DNA from: Verrucomicrobiota bacterium
GTDB taxonomy: Bacteria; Verrucomicrobiota; Verrucomicrobiia; Limisphaerales; CAIQOK01
Assembly (NCBI GenBank): GCA_046346715.1
Contig: JAXMHO010000007.1
Span: 35,517-99,516 of the forward strand
Reading direction: 5' to 3'
Length of the DNA: 64,000 nucleotides
The notes below the pieces were generated by a model that did not search any database, was not told where the DNA came from, and saw only the letters and a list, made by a program, of their open reading frames with translations. Every line of letters starts with the position of its first letter. The stretch's first letter is position 1. Shown here one piece after another: positions 45,058-54,470 of the stretch. The position numbers and the translations under genes were made by a program.

Positions 45058-45864
45058 TTACCGGACAAACACCTTCCAGTTGGAAAGCACGATCGAACAC
45101 ACCGCCGGAACGCGGCTGATGAGTTTGAGTTCGATCTGACTGTAGCCTTTCGGGAATTGCAGTCCGACTTCGTAAGTGCCGGCCCAGGTCGTGTCCTCGC
45201 CGTTCTTTTTGGTGCGCGCCACCCACTTGTCGCTTTTGCCGTCGAGCACCACGTCCTCGACCAACTTCGCCCGTTGCCAGTCGGAAACCGTGTCGAAATC
45301 CGAAACGCCCAGCGGCTTCTTCGGATTGCCCAGGCGCACATAAACATCGGAGTCGACGCAGCCGTAGCTGTTGATATGCGTAACGCGGACGACCGTGCGG
45401 CTCTTGGAACTGGGCGGCTTCGGAATCGTCGTCGCGCGCAGGACGGATTCACCGGTCAGGTGGAAACTGGCTTCCGCATTCTTTTGTTCGACCTGTTTCC
45501 GCTGTTCGGTGGCGGCGTTCGTTGCGGCCGGCTTAGACGATTTGCCAAGCGGCGATTCAGTGAGGAACTCCACACCATCCCGGCGGTTGTATTTGGTCAC
45601 CCGTTCGTCCAGGAAATTGAAAAGCGTGTAGGTCTTGCTTCGACGGGTGAGCCGGTAGCGGCGAGTCTTGCTCGGGCCTTTGAATAATTTTGACGCAAGG
45701 CTCACCACGCAGGAAAATTCATTTTCCAACTCGGCGGTGTAAGAGCCTGTATCGTAACCCATCTGATACTTGCCGTCCTTGAGCGTGAAAGGCAGCGCCG
45801 GGCTGCCGACTTGATAGTAAGCTCCTTCCAAGCCATCAATCTTCTGATTTTTTTTGGTGCTCAT
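45058..45864 (-). CDS. Hypothetical protein
   Basis: The ORF is long and has non-low-complexity composition (MSTKKNQKIDGLEGAYYQVGSPALPF...). No family was recognised. The start is ATG 45864, with 45885 as an alternative. Confidence 0.5.
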   Translation of the reverse strand: MSTKKNQKIDGLEGAYYQVGSPALPFTLKDGKYQMGYDTGSYTAELENEFSCVVSLASKLFKGPSKTRRYRLTRRSKTYTLFNFLDERVTKYNRRDGVEFLTESPLGKSSKPAATNAATEQRKQVEQKNAEASFHLTGESVLRATTIPKPPSSKSRTVVRVTHINSYGCVDSDVYVRLGNPKKPLGVSDFDTVSDWQRAKLVEDVVLDGKSDKWVARTKKNGEDTTWAGTYEVGLQFPKGYSQIELKLISRVPAVCSIVLSNWKVFVR

Positions 45865-45877
45865 CGTGTCCAGCCTT

Positions 45878-46570
45878 TCAGTCATAGGACCGTTGCAAAA
45901 TCTCCAGAACGTCTCCTTTAATCGACTCAGGTTTCCCATCGTGCGAGTCCAAATAGAACAACGTTGAAGCTGGAGGCTCTATGCGATGCAACACAAACTG
46001 ATCGCCCTCGCGCTCTGCAAGGACAAGGAAATCGCCATCCGCGAAAGCCGTGCGATATGCTGTCTTAGCGTCGTGAATCGTCCAGTCACCGAAATCCTGT
46101 TTTTGATGCTTCGTCAAAAACTCACGCCACGAATCAGGTATCGGTGGCGGTTCATTTGTGGAATCAACCACCATTGGGTCTGCCAACAATCGGGCGGACG
46201 GCGCGGCATCCCATTCGGCGAAAGCGATGGCTTTTGGATTCGGTGTGATCGTGAAATCGAAAATATGGCCGCCAATACTCGTAAGCGTCGCCTTGTAGGT
46301 TCGCTTGGTGACGCTAAACCGGACTTCCGCCAGTTGGAACTCGCCAGTGCGAGGGAATGTCGGAACGTCACTCCAATCCACCTTTCCAGACCGCCTCCGA
46401 TAAAAACAAATCTCGTTGGGATGCCGCTGGACGAGCGTGATGCTTGCGACTTGCGAATCAAAGATGGATTGAGCCGGCGGTGGCAACACCTCTCGCACAA
46501 CGGCCACAAGCCGCTCTTCCAACGGCGAAAAACGCCGCCAAAGCAAGCTGAGTCGTTGTGTGATGGTCAT
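45878..46570 (-). CDS. Hypothetical protein, C-terminal half weakly SUKH/SMI1-KNR4-like
   Basis: The protein is 230 aa. The C-terminal part, IPDSWREFLTKHQKQDFGDWTIHDAKTAYRT...GDFLVLAEREGDQFVLHRI, is reminiscent of SUKH immunity-type domains. This is a weak, by-eye resemblance. Confidence 0.4.
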   Translation of the reverse strand: MTITQRLSLLWRRFSPLEERLVAVVREVLPPPAQSIFDSQVASITLVQRHPNEICFYRRRSGKVDWSDVPTFPRTGEFQLAEVRFSVTKRTYKATLTSIGGHIFDFTITPNPKAIAFAEWDAAPSARLLADPMVVDSTNEPPPIPDSWREFLTKHQKQDFGDWTIHDAKTAYRTAFADGDFLVLAEREGDQFVLHRIEPPASTLFYLDSHDGKPESIKGDVLEILQRSYD

Positions 46571-46606
46571 GACCTTTTGAGACTTATTCAGTTCGTGATT
46601 CGGATT

Positions 46607-48024
46607 TCAGCCGTGATGTTGAACTTCCCACCCGAAATAATTCCCAAACGCTTCAGCCAGGATTTCCGCCGAGTGCGATTGCGTCATGACGACGTGATGT
46701 TCAAAGCCTTTTTCGCAGACGTGACGCAGGACTTTTTGCAGGTTCGGCACTTTGGCCACGGCGCGGTTGCCGAAGGTCTTGAGTTCGTCGTTCGTGAGTT
46801 CGCCTTCGCCGACGTAGCAGCGGATTTTGCCCTCGGCATCGGCGGTGGTGATGCGGCCGTAGGTCAGCGGGCCGGCGGGCGTGCGACCGTCGAGCGCGCC
46901 ATAGGTGTTTTCCACGCCGAGAATGCTGCCAAGGATCGGCGCGTTGGCGATCTTGATGTCGGGCAGGAAGGATTTTGCCCAGTTGCCGCAATGGAAGAGG
47001 ACGCATTTGTCGTCGTCGTCCGCGTAGTTGTTGTTCCAGTCCACGAGCGCGGCGGGCGTGCCGCCGGCGAGTTGCATGGCATACATGGTGAGCACGCCGG
47101 TGACGTCCACTTCGCAGGCGCTGGGCATGAACTTCTCGCTCATCATGCTCATGAGCGTGCAGACGTTGCAGCCGAAGTTCGCCTGCACGGACGTCCAGCA
47201 TTGGATGGCGGTGGCGTCGAGGTGATTGGCGTTCATCCAATCGGTGAGCACCACGCCCATCTTGGCCATCTGCACGAGCTTGTCGTTCGGCACGCCGGGC
47301 GCGGGGGCGTAGCCGGTGATTTCTTTGAGCTTGGATACGACGGATGGGGCGGAGGCGTCCAATTTGTTCGCTGCGCCGATGATTTCTGACAAATCCACGG
47401 TCGTGACGCTGATGCCGTGGCGTTCGAGGATTTTTCGGAGTAACGCACTGTGTTGAATGCGCCGGGCCGCGCGCCGACCGCGCCGAGGCGGACGCCGCGC
47501 AGGCCATTCACCACGCGGCAGACGCCGAGGAACTTTTGCAGGTCGCGCTTGAAGCTGTCGGACGCTGGATGCGAAACGTGTTTGCTGGTGAGCGTGAACT
47601 TGATGCCGGCCTGCACGAGGTTGTTGCAGACGGAAATCTTGCCGCAGAAGGAATCGCGTCGGCGCGACGGCATGAGTTGCTTCGGATCGTCGGGATAACC
47701 TTGGATGAGCACGGGAACATTCAGTCCCGCGAGCTTCAGCGTGTCAGCCACGCCTTTTTCGTCGCCAAAGTTCGGCAGGCAGACGAGCACGCCGTCAATT
47801 TCATCCGCGTGCTTCTTGAACAGCTCGGCGCACTTGCGGGCGTCGTTGTGCGTCTCCACGCCGCCGAGCTTGGAATCGGATTCGCCGAGCTGGATGGCTT
47901 TGATGCCGTATTCGGCAAACAGTTTGGCGATGTCCGCCCGCGCTTCGGTGACGAGGGCATCGGGGAAGAAATCGCGGTTGCCGTAGATCACACCAAGGAC
48001 GGGCGGTTGGAGATTGGTTTTCAT
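46607..48024 (-). pseudogene. L-fucose/L-arabinose isomerase-family sugar isomerase interrupted by a single frameshift
   Basis: The N-terminal 190 aa or so come from ORF 47233..48024 (...GAVGARPGAFNTVRYSEK). The rest comes from ORF 46607..47398 (...DLSEIIGAANKL...). Adding one base to the T5 run at 47431-47435 would restore SEKILERHGISVTTVDLSEII. Confidence 0.75.
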
Positions 48025-48052
48025 ATGATAAGAGTTTACAGGTTAAATTTGT

Positions 48053-48676
48053 TCAGTGCGCCGGCGTATTGGTCGTTTCCGACAAGGTCTTCTTTTTCCG
48101 GTTTGAGATCACGCCCTGGGCGGAAAGGTAATTGTTGATCTTGCCTTTGTAGCGGTTGAAAATGGCGGACTTCTCGTCGGCGCTCCCGGCATCGACGGCT
48201 TCTTCCCGGGCCTCCTTGAGCAGGGACAGCACGCGCGCCTTCTGTTCTTCGGTCAGGCCGGAGTATTCGTTGAGGTAGCCCGTGTAGGTAAACTGCACCT
48301 TGCCGTAGGTCATCTTGTCCTTCACGGCCTCAACCTGTTCCGGCGTCAGGTCCAAGGCCAACCGGGCGAAGAAAATCTCGTGAACCGCCCGGAGGGATTG
48401 CTTGAACCGATCGGTCTCCTCGCCTCTGGCCAGCTTGCGGGGCGCGTCGTTGGTGTCGTGCCAGTCGCGCAGCGTGCGGTATTGCGCAATGATGGCGTCG
48501 TGCACCCGGGCGGCGCGGTTGGTGTCGGCCAGGGTCAGAACTTTCAGAATGTCCGCGGCGCGGCCCTCGATGGCGGCGGCGTATTTCGCCTCGGCTTCCG
48601 GGGTGGAATTGGTCGGGGCGGCGAGACAACCGGCCGCGAGCAGGAGGCCAGCCAAGGTCAGCGATGCTGTTTTCAT
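48053..48676 (-). CDS. DUF3826 domain protein (secreted)
   Basis: It has a signal peptide (MKTASLTLAGLLLAAGCLA). ...IIAQYRTLRDWHD...KMTYGKVQFTYTGYL...IFNRYKGKINNYLS resembles DUF3826, a family found in pectin utilisation loci. Confidence 0.65.
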   Translation of the reverse strand: MKTASLTLAGLLLAAGCLAAPTNSTPEAEAKYAAAIEGRAADILKVLTLADTNRAARVHDAIIAQYRTLRDWHDTNDAPRKLARGEETDRFKQSLRAVHEIFFARLALDLTPEQVEAVKDKMTYGKVQFTYTGYLNEYSGLTEEQKARVLSLLKEAREEAVDAGSADEKSAIFNRYKGKINNYLSAQGVISNRKKKTLSETTNTPAH

Positions 48677-48799
48677 AGTGAGGACTGAGTCATGAACCGG
48701 GAAAGTGTAAATTCATTGCCGGCTGGAGATAAGCGAAAAACTGCCGGATACATTTTGAATAATGCCCGTTGCCTGGTGTGCCGCAGACGAACAAAACCA

Positions 48800-50818
48800 T
48801 CATCGCCGGTCCGCCGTCGCCGAACCATCCCCGGCGGCAAGAGGAAGCCAGACGCTCATCTCAGACGGCCCGCGGTTTTGCCAGAGGGCGTAGGGGATGA
48901 ATTTGACGGCGTTCAGCTGCCACTTCGCCGGCTGAACTTCACGATATAATTTTCCATTCCAGTCTGACGCGGCGGCGGTGAGAACTTTGCCCTCCAATAC
49001 CGCCACGCCCCCCAGCAGACGCCGGTCATAGCGGGCCCGCAGTTCGAGGTTCGACGGAATCCGAACGTCGGAAATCTTCATGCCCTTCGGCAGGTCGGGC
49101 GATTCAAGGCAATAGACCACCGGCCCGCGCTGGAACGCGACCTGGTTGAGGGTTTCCTCCACGAGCGGATTGGCTTCCATCATGCGCACGGGCATCGGCA
49201 GGTCCAAATCAACGAGATCTCCCCGCCGCCACTCGCGGCGGAGCTCCAGATAACTGTCGGCTCCCACGGAACGGGCTGGCTGCCGATTCAAGCGCACAGC
49301 TGCCGACTTCGCCCAGCCGGGAATGCGCAGCTTGAGGGCGAACTCCCGCGCCGGGGCTTCGAGAATTTTTATCCGCACCCGGCCGTTCCATGGATACTCC
49401 GTCTGCTGTTCGAGGCGAACCGGCGCGCCTTGCACGTCGGTTTTGAATTCACTGCCGCCATACAGATTGACCCAGATGGTGTCCGGGGATTTACCGTAGG
49501 CGTAACCGGCGGATTCCGCGATCGTCCGCACCAGGTTCGGCGGGCAGCAGAACGAGCTGACGAACGGCACGCGCGTCCGCGCCCAGCGAAGTTCCGTCGG
49601 CAAGGGATCGGTGACCCGCAGCGGATTGGTGTAAAAGAAATTGGTCCCATCAAGACCGCCACCCGAGAGGATGGCATTGTAGAGCTCCAATTCCACGACA
49701 TCCATGAATCGCCCCTCCCCCGTGGCGAGAAACATCCGCCAGTTCCACATGGCGTTGCCGATGTTGGCGCAGGTTTCATTGTGCGCCGTGGTATTGGGGA
49801 GCTGATAGTTGCGGCCATAGGATTGGTGAACCCTGGTGATGCCGGCCTGATACTTGGCTGCGTCGGGCGACGCCCCGTCGTAGAGCGCGCCGCAGCCGCC
49901 GGTGATGTAGAGCTTCTCCTCGACAACGTTCGTCCAGATCGGACCAAGGGGTTTCAGATAGGCGGCGTCACCGGTCTCTAGAAACAGATCAGCCGCGCTG
50001 GCAAACAGGTAGTTCGCGCGCACCGCATGGCCGGCGGCGGTGGTCTGCTTGCCGAAGGGAATGCGGTCCTGGTTGTCGTCACCACCGTCCTTCACCTCGC
50101 TCCGCAGTTCAAACAGCCGCTTGGACAAGGCGAGATACCGCCGCTCCCCGGTGGCGCGATATAGATCGAGCAAGCCCATGTAATGCGACGGACAAACCGG
50201 GCTGCGGGCGTGGTCCGGCGTGGCATTGCTGAAACTGTGGTCGAGAAAATCCGCCGCCTTCACGGCGATGACCAGCATGTTTGTCCGGCCCGTGATGCGA
50301 TGATGCACGCAGGCGGTGGTGAAGAGATGCCCGAAGTTGTACATCTCGAAATTGCCGCGGTCAGAAAATGGCGCGGCGTTGGTGTCACCCCGCATCTTTA
50401 TCAGCGTGGGCGTGTTCAGGTAACCGTCCGCCCGCTGCGCCCGGCCGATGACCGCGATGATGCGGTCCAGTGAATTGTTGAGCGCCGCATCGTTGGTGAC
50501 CGCCAGCGTGGCGCAGGCGCCTTCGATCCATTTGTAGAAATCCCCGTCGTTGAAGGATGCGCCGCGCGACCGGCCCTCGGCGAGCCCGGCGGCAATTTCA
50601 AAGTTGCGGAAGAACTGCGTGTAGTTCGTGCCCTCCATCAAACGACCCATGCTGGGAATCATCTGGGTGCGGCACAGCTCGAACTTGTCGTGCCAGAAGC
50701 CCGAGGTCCAGCGCACGTCCGCCAAGGCCACCGGCTGCACCTTTGCCGAGGGCAGTGGTTCCGCGGCATGGACCGCAAGACAGGCAAACAATCCCAGACC
50801 AACTGTCGTAATCTTCAT
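48800..50818 (-). CDS. Glycoside hydrolase family 127 (beta-L-arabinofuranosidase/DUF1680)
   Basis: It has a signal peptide, the motif GHAVRANYL and the Cys-rich zinc-site motif SSFCCPPNLVRT typical of GH127. There is an ATGA overlap with the upstream gene. Confidence 0.8.
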   Translation of the reverse strand: MKITTVGLGLFACLAVHAAEPLPSAKVQPVALADVRWTSGFWHDKFELCRTQMIPSMGRLMEGTNYTQFFRNFEIAAGLAEGRSRGASFNDGDFYKWIEGACATLAVTNDAALNNSLDRIIAVIGRAQRADGYLNTPTLIKMRGDTNAAPFSDRGNFEMYNFGHLFTTACVHHRITGRTNMLVIAVKAADFLDHSFSNATPDHARSPVCPSHYMGLLDLYRATGERRYLALSKRLFELRSEVKDGGDDNQDRIPFGKQTTAAGHAVRANYLFASAADLFLETGDAAYLKPLGPIWTNVVEEKLYITGGCGALYDGASPDAAKYQAGITRVHQSYGRNYQLPNTTAHNETCANIGNAMWNWRMFLATGEGRFMDVVELELYNAILSGGGLDGTNFFYTNPLRVTDPLPTELRWARTRVPFVSSFCCPPNLVRTIAESAGYAYGKSPDTIWVNLYGGSEFKTDVQGAPVRLEQQTEYPWNGRVRIKILEAPAREFALKLRIPGWAKSAAVRLNRQPARSVGADSYLELRREWRRGDLVDLDLPMPVRMMEANPLVEETLNQVAFQRGPVVYCLESPDLPKGMKISDVRIPSNLELRARYDRRLLGGVAVLEGKVLTAAASDWNGKLYREVQPAKWQLNAVKFIPYALWQNRGPSEMSVWLPLAAGDGSATADRR

Positions 50819-53523
50819 TTCGTTCCCAGTTTAACATCCCGCTTTTTCAATTCCACCGACTGCGGCACCACGCCGAGCACGACGAAGCTGCCCTTCCCGA
50901 TCAACTCCAGCTTGTGCCGTCCGGGCTCGTAACGGAAGGCATGCACGTTGACGTTCGGACATTCGTCAATGACCGCCGCGTTGCGCAGCACCACGTCGAT
51001 GCCGCCACGCTCATCAGCCTGCGAGGCGAAGTCGAGGTTGGGTACCTGCAACCAGAGGTCCCGCTCGCTTTGGAAATACCCGACCAGCACACGCACCGGT
51101 TCCGCGACCTCGAATTCGACCGGCACATACTTGCCGTTCTTTGCGTTTTCATGCGAGAAACGAATCCCCGTCAGCCCGGCCAATTCCGGCGCCAGTTCAG
51201 CAATCGTGTATTTGCGATCGGCAAAAGGCTTGGCGCCCAGCTTCACTTCGTACGTTTCCGCGTTTGTGCCGATGACAGCGAACTTCGCCGCCGGCCAGGC
51301 ATAAACCACGCCCGGCTCCGGGGCGGCGGGCGGCGGCTTCGACAACCCGGCGACCTGCGCCCGGAAGTCGGCCAGCTCCTTTTCATACAACGGCAGCACC
51401 TGGGACCAAAGATAGTTGGTTCCCACTCCGTTCGCCGCGCCGCCAAACGGAATCTTGCGGTGTCCGGTCTGCATGGAGTTCACAAAGCGATAAGCCGGCG
51501 TCGTCAGTTCGGCCAGTTGCTTAAAGACCTGGACGCTGTCCGCCAGCTGCTTTTCGGCAGCCGCCATGTCGGCGGCAGCCTTGCTGTAACCAAAGCGCAG
51601 CACCAGTTCGGCGGCCTTGGTCTTGGCCGCGTAATTCTTCGCGATAAGTTCAATGGCCTTGAAGTCGGTCAGTGAACGGTTGAACTCATCGCGATTCTTC
51701 GTCACGCCTGCCGCGGCGGCTTCGGCGGAGGCGATGGCGTTGCTGGCGAACTTCAGACAGTCGGCAATGACTGACACCGGCGTTTCCCCGACATGCGTTT
51801 CCTTGTTCCATTCCTTGCGGACGTATTCGTCCAGACGTTCGCCCGGCGGCGCGAGCGACTCCCACAAGTCCGCCACGGCGTTGTAGCGCCTGGGATTCAC
51901 CAACTGGTCGAGCGTGATGCCCAGGGACATCGTCTGACGGTTGCCTTCGGTGATGCCAAAGCGGCGAATGAGCATCGGCGCAACCTCACCCGCGGCGTTG
52001 TAAGCGTCCAGCAGCTTGCCGGCAATGTCCGGCTGGCAACCGTAAAACTCCGCCAACCGTCCCACCCAATACGCGCGGTCATCAGCCGCTGACACATCGG
52101 GATTCCAGGCATAGCGCGCCCACGCATCAAACCACATCCAGTCGCGGTCCCATTGCTTCAACGGAGCGTCGGTGCGATCGGCCGAATACGGCCAGTTCCA
52201 ATAGGCGAGCGGATACAGGTGCAGTCCGCTAGCGTCATAGCGGTCGCGCGATGCGAGCATGGCCTTGCGGATAAACTCCGTGGCGCCATAACGGAACGGC
52301 TCGAGGTTGGAGAGGATGTGGACGTTGACGAGATGCGGTCCGAGCTTTGCCATGTTCCGATGGGTCTGCTGGACTTTGCCGCGCGGCTCATAGGTCGTGA
52401 GTGATTCGCCGCTGTATTTCGTTTCCGTGAAGAGGTTGGAATACACCTGAAAGCACGCGGGCATGATCGCCTCGGGACTCATCGCGTGAGTGCGGATGAC
52501 CACCGGTGGTTGTTCCTTCAGTCCGGCCGCCTTCATGCCGTCCAGGACGCCGGGCAGAATCGTGTTCGTCGCCCAGTTGATCTGGTTGTCCGTGTTCTGC
52601 AAGGCTTCACCGAGGCAGACCATCAGGCCGACGTTCGGATACTGCTTCACGAATTCCGCGATGGACTTCCGGGTGTAATCCGACGCCAGCGGCGTGGGCG
52701 CGGAAAGCTGGGTGGAGACGCCGCGTTTTTCGGCGAGCGGCTTCGGCAGGAAAATGTTGTAGAACATCTGCACCAGCCAGATGCCGCGCTTGTCGCATTC
52801 GCTTGTGAGCCAATGGAACATTTCCACGTTCTGTTCAAAAACTTCCGGCGAAACTTCGACGGCCTCGGGGTAATCCTTCAGCTTCACCAGCGAGGCGAAC
52901 GGATGTCCGTTCCAGAGGTAAAGCGTGTTCATGCGGTTCTCGACCAGGAAATCCAGATACTCGCGCCAGAGCGTCTTGTCGTAGAACCACGGGAACAACT
53001 CCGGCGTGTAAGGATACTCGTAAACTTTCCGGCCCGGCAGGATGGTGGTCTTCTGCATGCCCACGCAGGTGCCGCGCAGGGTCATGGCAGGCTTGTCGGT
53101 GAAATTCAAACCGGTGGGAACCTTGCCGGCGGCTTGGATGCGCTGCGCCAGTTCCAAGCAACCATACAGCCGGCCGGAATCATCCGCGCCGGTCACGATA
53201 GGAAAACCGTCCAGTTTGGAGGGCGTGACTGCGAACGACTCCTTCCCCGTCAGCCTGCCCGACTGAACTGCCGGGCCGGCCTTGATAACGCCGCCCAATT
53301 CAGAACCCGCATTGATGTAAATCGCCCGACCGGATGGAGGAGCCGTTTGGGCAATGATCACCTGATCGCCAACGACCTTGAGCGCCCCCGCAATTTTCTC
53401 CGCGCCAAACTCGACGCGCGGCGCGGCGTTGGAAGCGATGACAATCGTGACCGTCTCGGCTTGAAGGCGGATAGCTCCGGTTGCCAGCAAACCGGCCAAT
53501 GCCAGATGATGAATGGTTTTCAC
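50815..53523 (-). CDS. Large secreted protein of unknown function, probable carbohydrate-active enzyme
   Basis: The GTG start gives the signal peptide VKTIHHLALAGLLATGAIRLQA. The central region (LRGTCVGMQK...NRMNTLYLWNGHPF...) looks like a TIM-barrel glycosidase, but no family could be assigned confidently. The protein is 902 aa. Confidence 0.5.
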   Translation of the reverse strand: MKTIHHLALAGLLATGAIRLQAETVTIVIASNAAPRVEFGAEKIAGALKVVGDQVIIAQTAPPSGRAIYINAGSELGGVIKAGPAVQSGRLTGKESFAVTPSKLDGFPIVTGADDSGRLYGCLELAQRIQAAGKVPTGLNFTDKPAMTLRGTCVGMQKTTILPGRKVYEYPYTPELFPWFYDKTLWREYLDFLVENRMNTLYLWNGHPFASLVKLKDYPEAVEVSPEVFEQNVEMFHWLTSECDKRGIWLVQMFYNIFLPKPLAEKRGVSTQLSAPTPLASDYTRKSIAEFVKQYPNVGLMVCLGEALQNTDNQINWATNTILPGVLDGMKAAGLKEQPPVVIRTHAMSPEAIMPACFQVYSNLFTETKYSGESLTTYEPRGKVQQTHRNMAKLGPHLVNVHILSNLEPFRYGATEFIRKAMLASRDRYDASGLHLYPLAYWNWPYSADRTDAPLKQWDRDWMWFDAWARYAWNPDVSAADDRAYWVGRLAEFYGCQPDIAGKLLDAYNAAGEVAPMLIRRFGITEGNRQTMSLGITLDQLVNPRRYNAVADLWESLAPPGERLDEYVRKEWNKETHVGETPVSVIADCLKFASNAIASAEAAAAGVTKNRDEFNRSLTDFKAIELIAKNYAAKTKAAELVLRFGYSKAAADMAAAEKQLADSVQVFKQLAELTTPAYRFVNSMQTGHRKIPFGGAANGVGTNYLWSQVLPLYEKELADFRAQVAGLSKPPPAAPEPGVVYAWPAAKFAVIGTNAETYEVKLGAKPFADRKYTIAELAPELAGLTGIRFSHENAKNGKYVPVEFEVAEPVRVLVGYFQSERDLWLQVPNLDFASQADERGGIDVVLRNAAVIDECPNVNVHAFRYEPGRHKLELIGKGSFVVLGVVPQSVELKKRDVKLGTK

Positions 53524-53563
53524 AGGATGCGTTTCAAGGTGGTTGAAGTTGACCGATTTCGTT

Positions 53564-54469
53564 TCAGGGCGCTTGAAAAACAGATTTCAAATACGCGACG
53601 TTGGCGCCGAAGTTCTTTTTGACATTGCGGGAATCCCGGGCGTCGCGCGACCGCTCGACCACCAGCCAACCGCTCCAACCCATGGAGTCCAAGGCGTCCT
53701 TGATGTTCCTGGCATTCACGGCAGGGTCGTTTTGCAGCCAGACACCGTCCTGGTTGGAAAAATGGATCTGGCAAAGACGGTCCTTGCCCAGCAGCAGCAG
53801 TTCCTTCACGTAATTGCGCTGGTTCTGAATCGCATTGGCCAGGTTGTAATAAATCTTGATGGCCGGAGAACCCACCTCGTCCAGCAGCTTGATTTGTTCA
53901 TCGGCGGCCAGCTCTGATTCCAAACCGATAACGACACCCGCCGATTCGGCCTGCTTACCGATCACCTTGAGGCGCTCGACGACTTTCGGACGCAGTTCCG
54001 GATGCTTGAGCAGGTCACTGCGAACGCCCAGCGGCAGGAAGGCGATCTTCACCTTCATCGCCTTCATGGTGTCGATGCAGTCCTGCGTCATGCGCGGCAC
54101 CGTGGGACGTTCGGCAAACGACTGGGCGTAAAAGCCCGACATGGCGATCGACGGAATCTCCAAGCCAAGTTCCCGGGCCTTGTCGAGAAACTGCTGGCGC
54201 ACAACGGCGTTGCTGGTGATGACGCTGTCGAAGGTCTCATGATCACCGAGCGAACCCATGTCCACCTCGACGCCGTCTGCGCCAATGTCCTTCGTGAGTT
54301 GAAACGCGCCGAGCTTCTGGCGCTTCAGAATCATCCAATCGCACACGGCGATTTTAAACCGCTGCGCGGAGATGCTGTTCGTGGTCTCGCCATTCGCTGG
54401 CGTGCCCGAGATCAATGATCCCGCCAGCACCAGCATCAACGCAAATGTTCCTGACAATTTCATTTTCAT
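53564..54469 (-). CDS. Xylose isomerase-like TIM-barrel protein with N-terminal signal peptide
   Basis: The signal peptide is MKMKLSGTFALMLVLAGSLISGTPANG. The body (GADGVEVDMGSLG...IPSIAMSGF...VIGLESE...) has sugar-phosphate isomerase/epimerase family style. Confidence 0.55.
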   Translation of the reverse strand: MKMKLSGTFALMLVLAGSLISGTPANGETTNSISAQRFKIAVCDWMILKRQKLGAFQLTKDIGADGVEVDMGSLGDHETFDSVITSNAVVRQQFLDKARELGLEIPSIAMSGFYAQSFAERPTVPRMTQDCIDTMKAMKVKIAFLPLGVRSDLLKHPELRPKVVERLKVIGKQAESAGVVIGLESELAADEQIKLLDEVGSPAIKIYYNLANAIQNQRNYVKELLLLGKDRLCQIHFSNQDGVWLQNDPAVNARNIKDALDSMGWSGWLVVERSRDARDSRNVKKNFGANVAYLKSVFQAP

Positions 54470-54470
54470 A

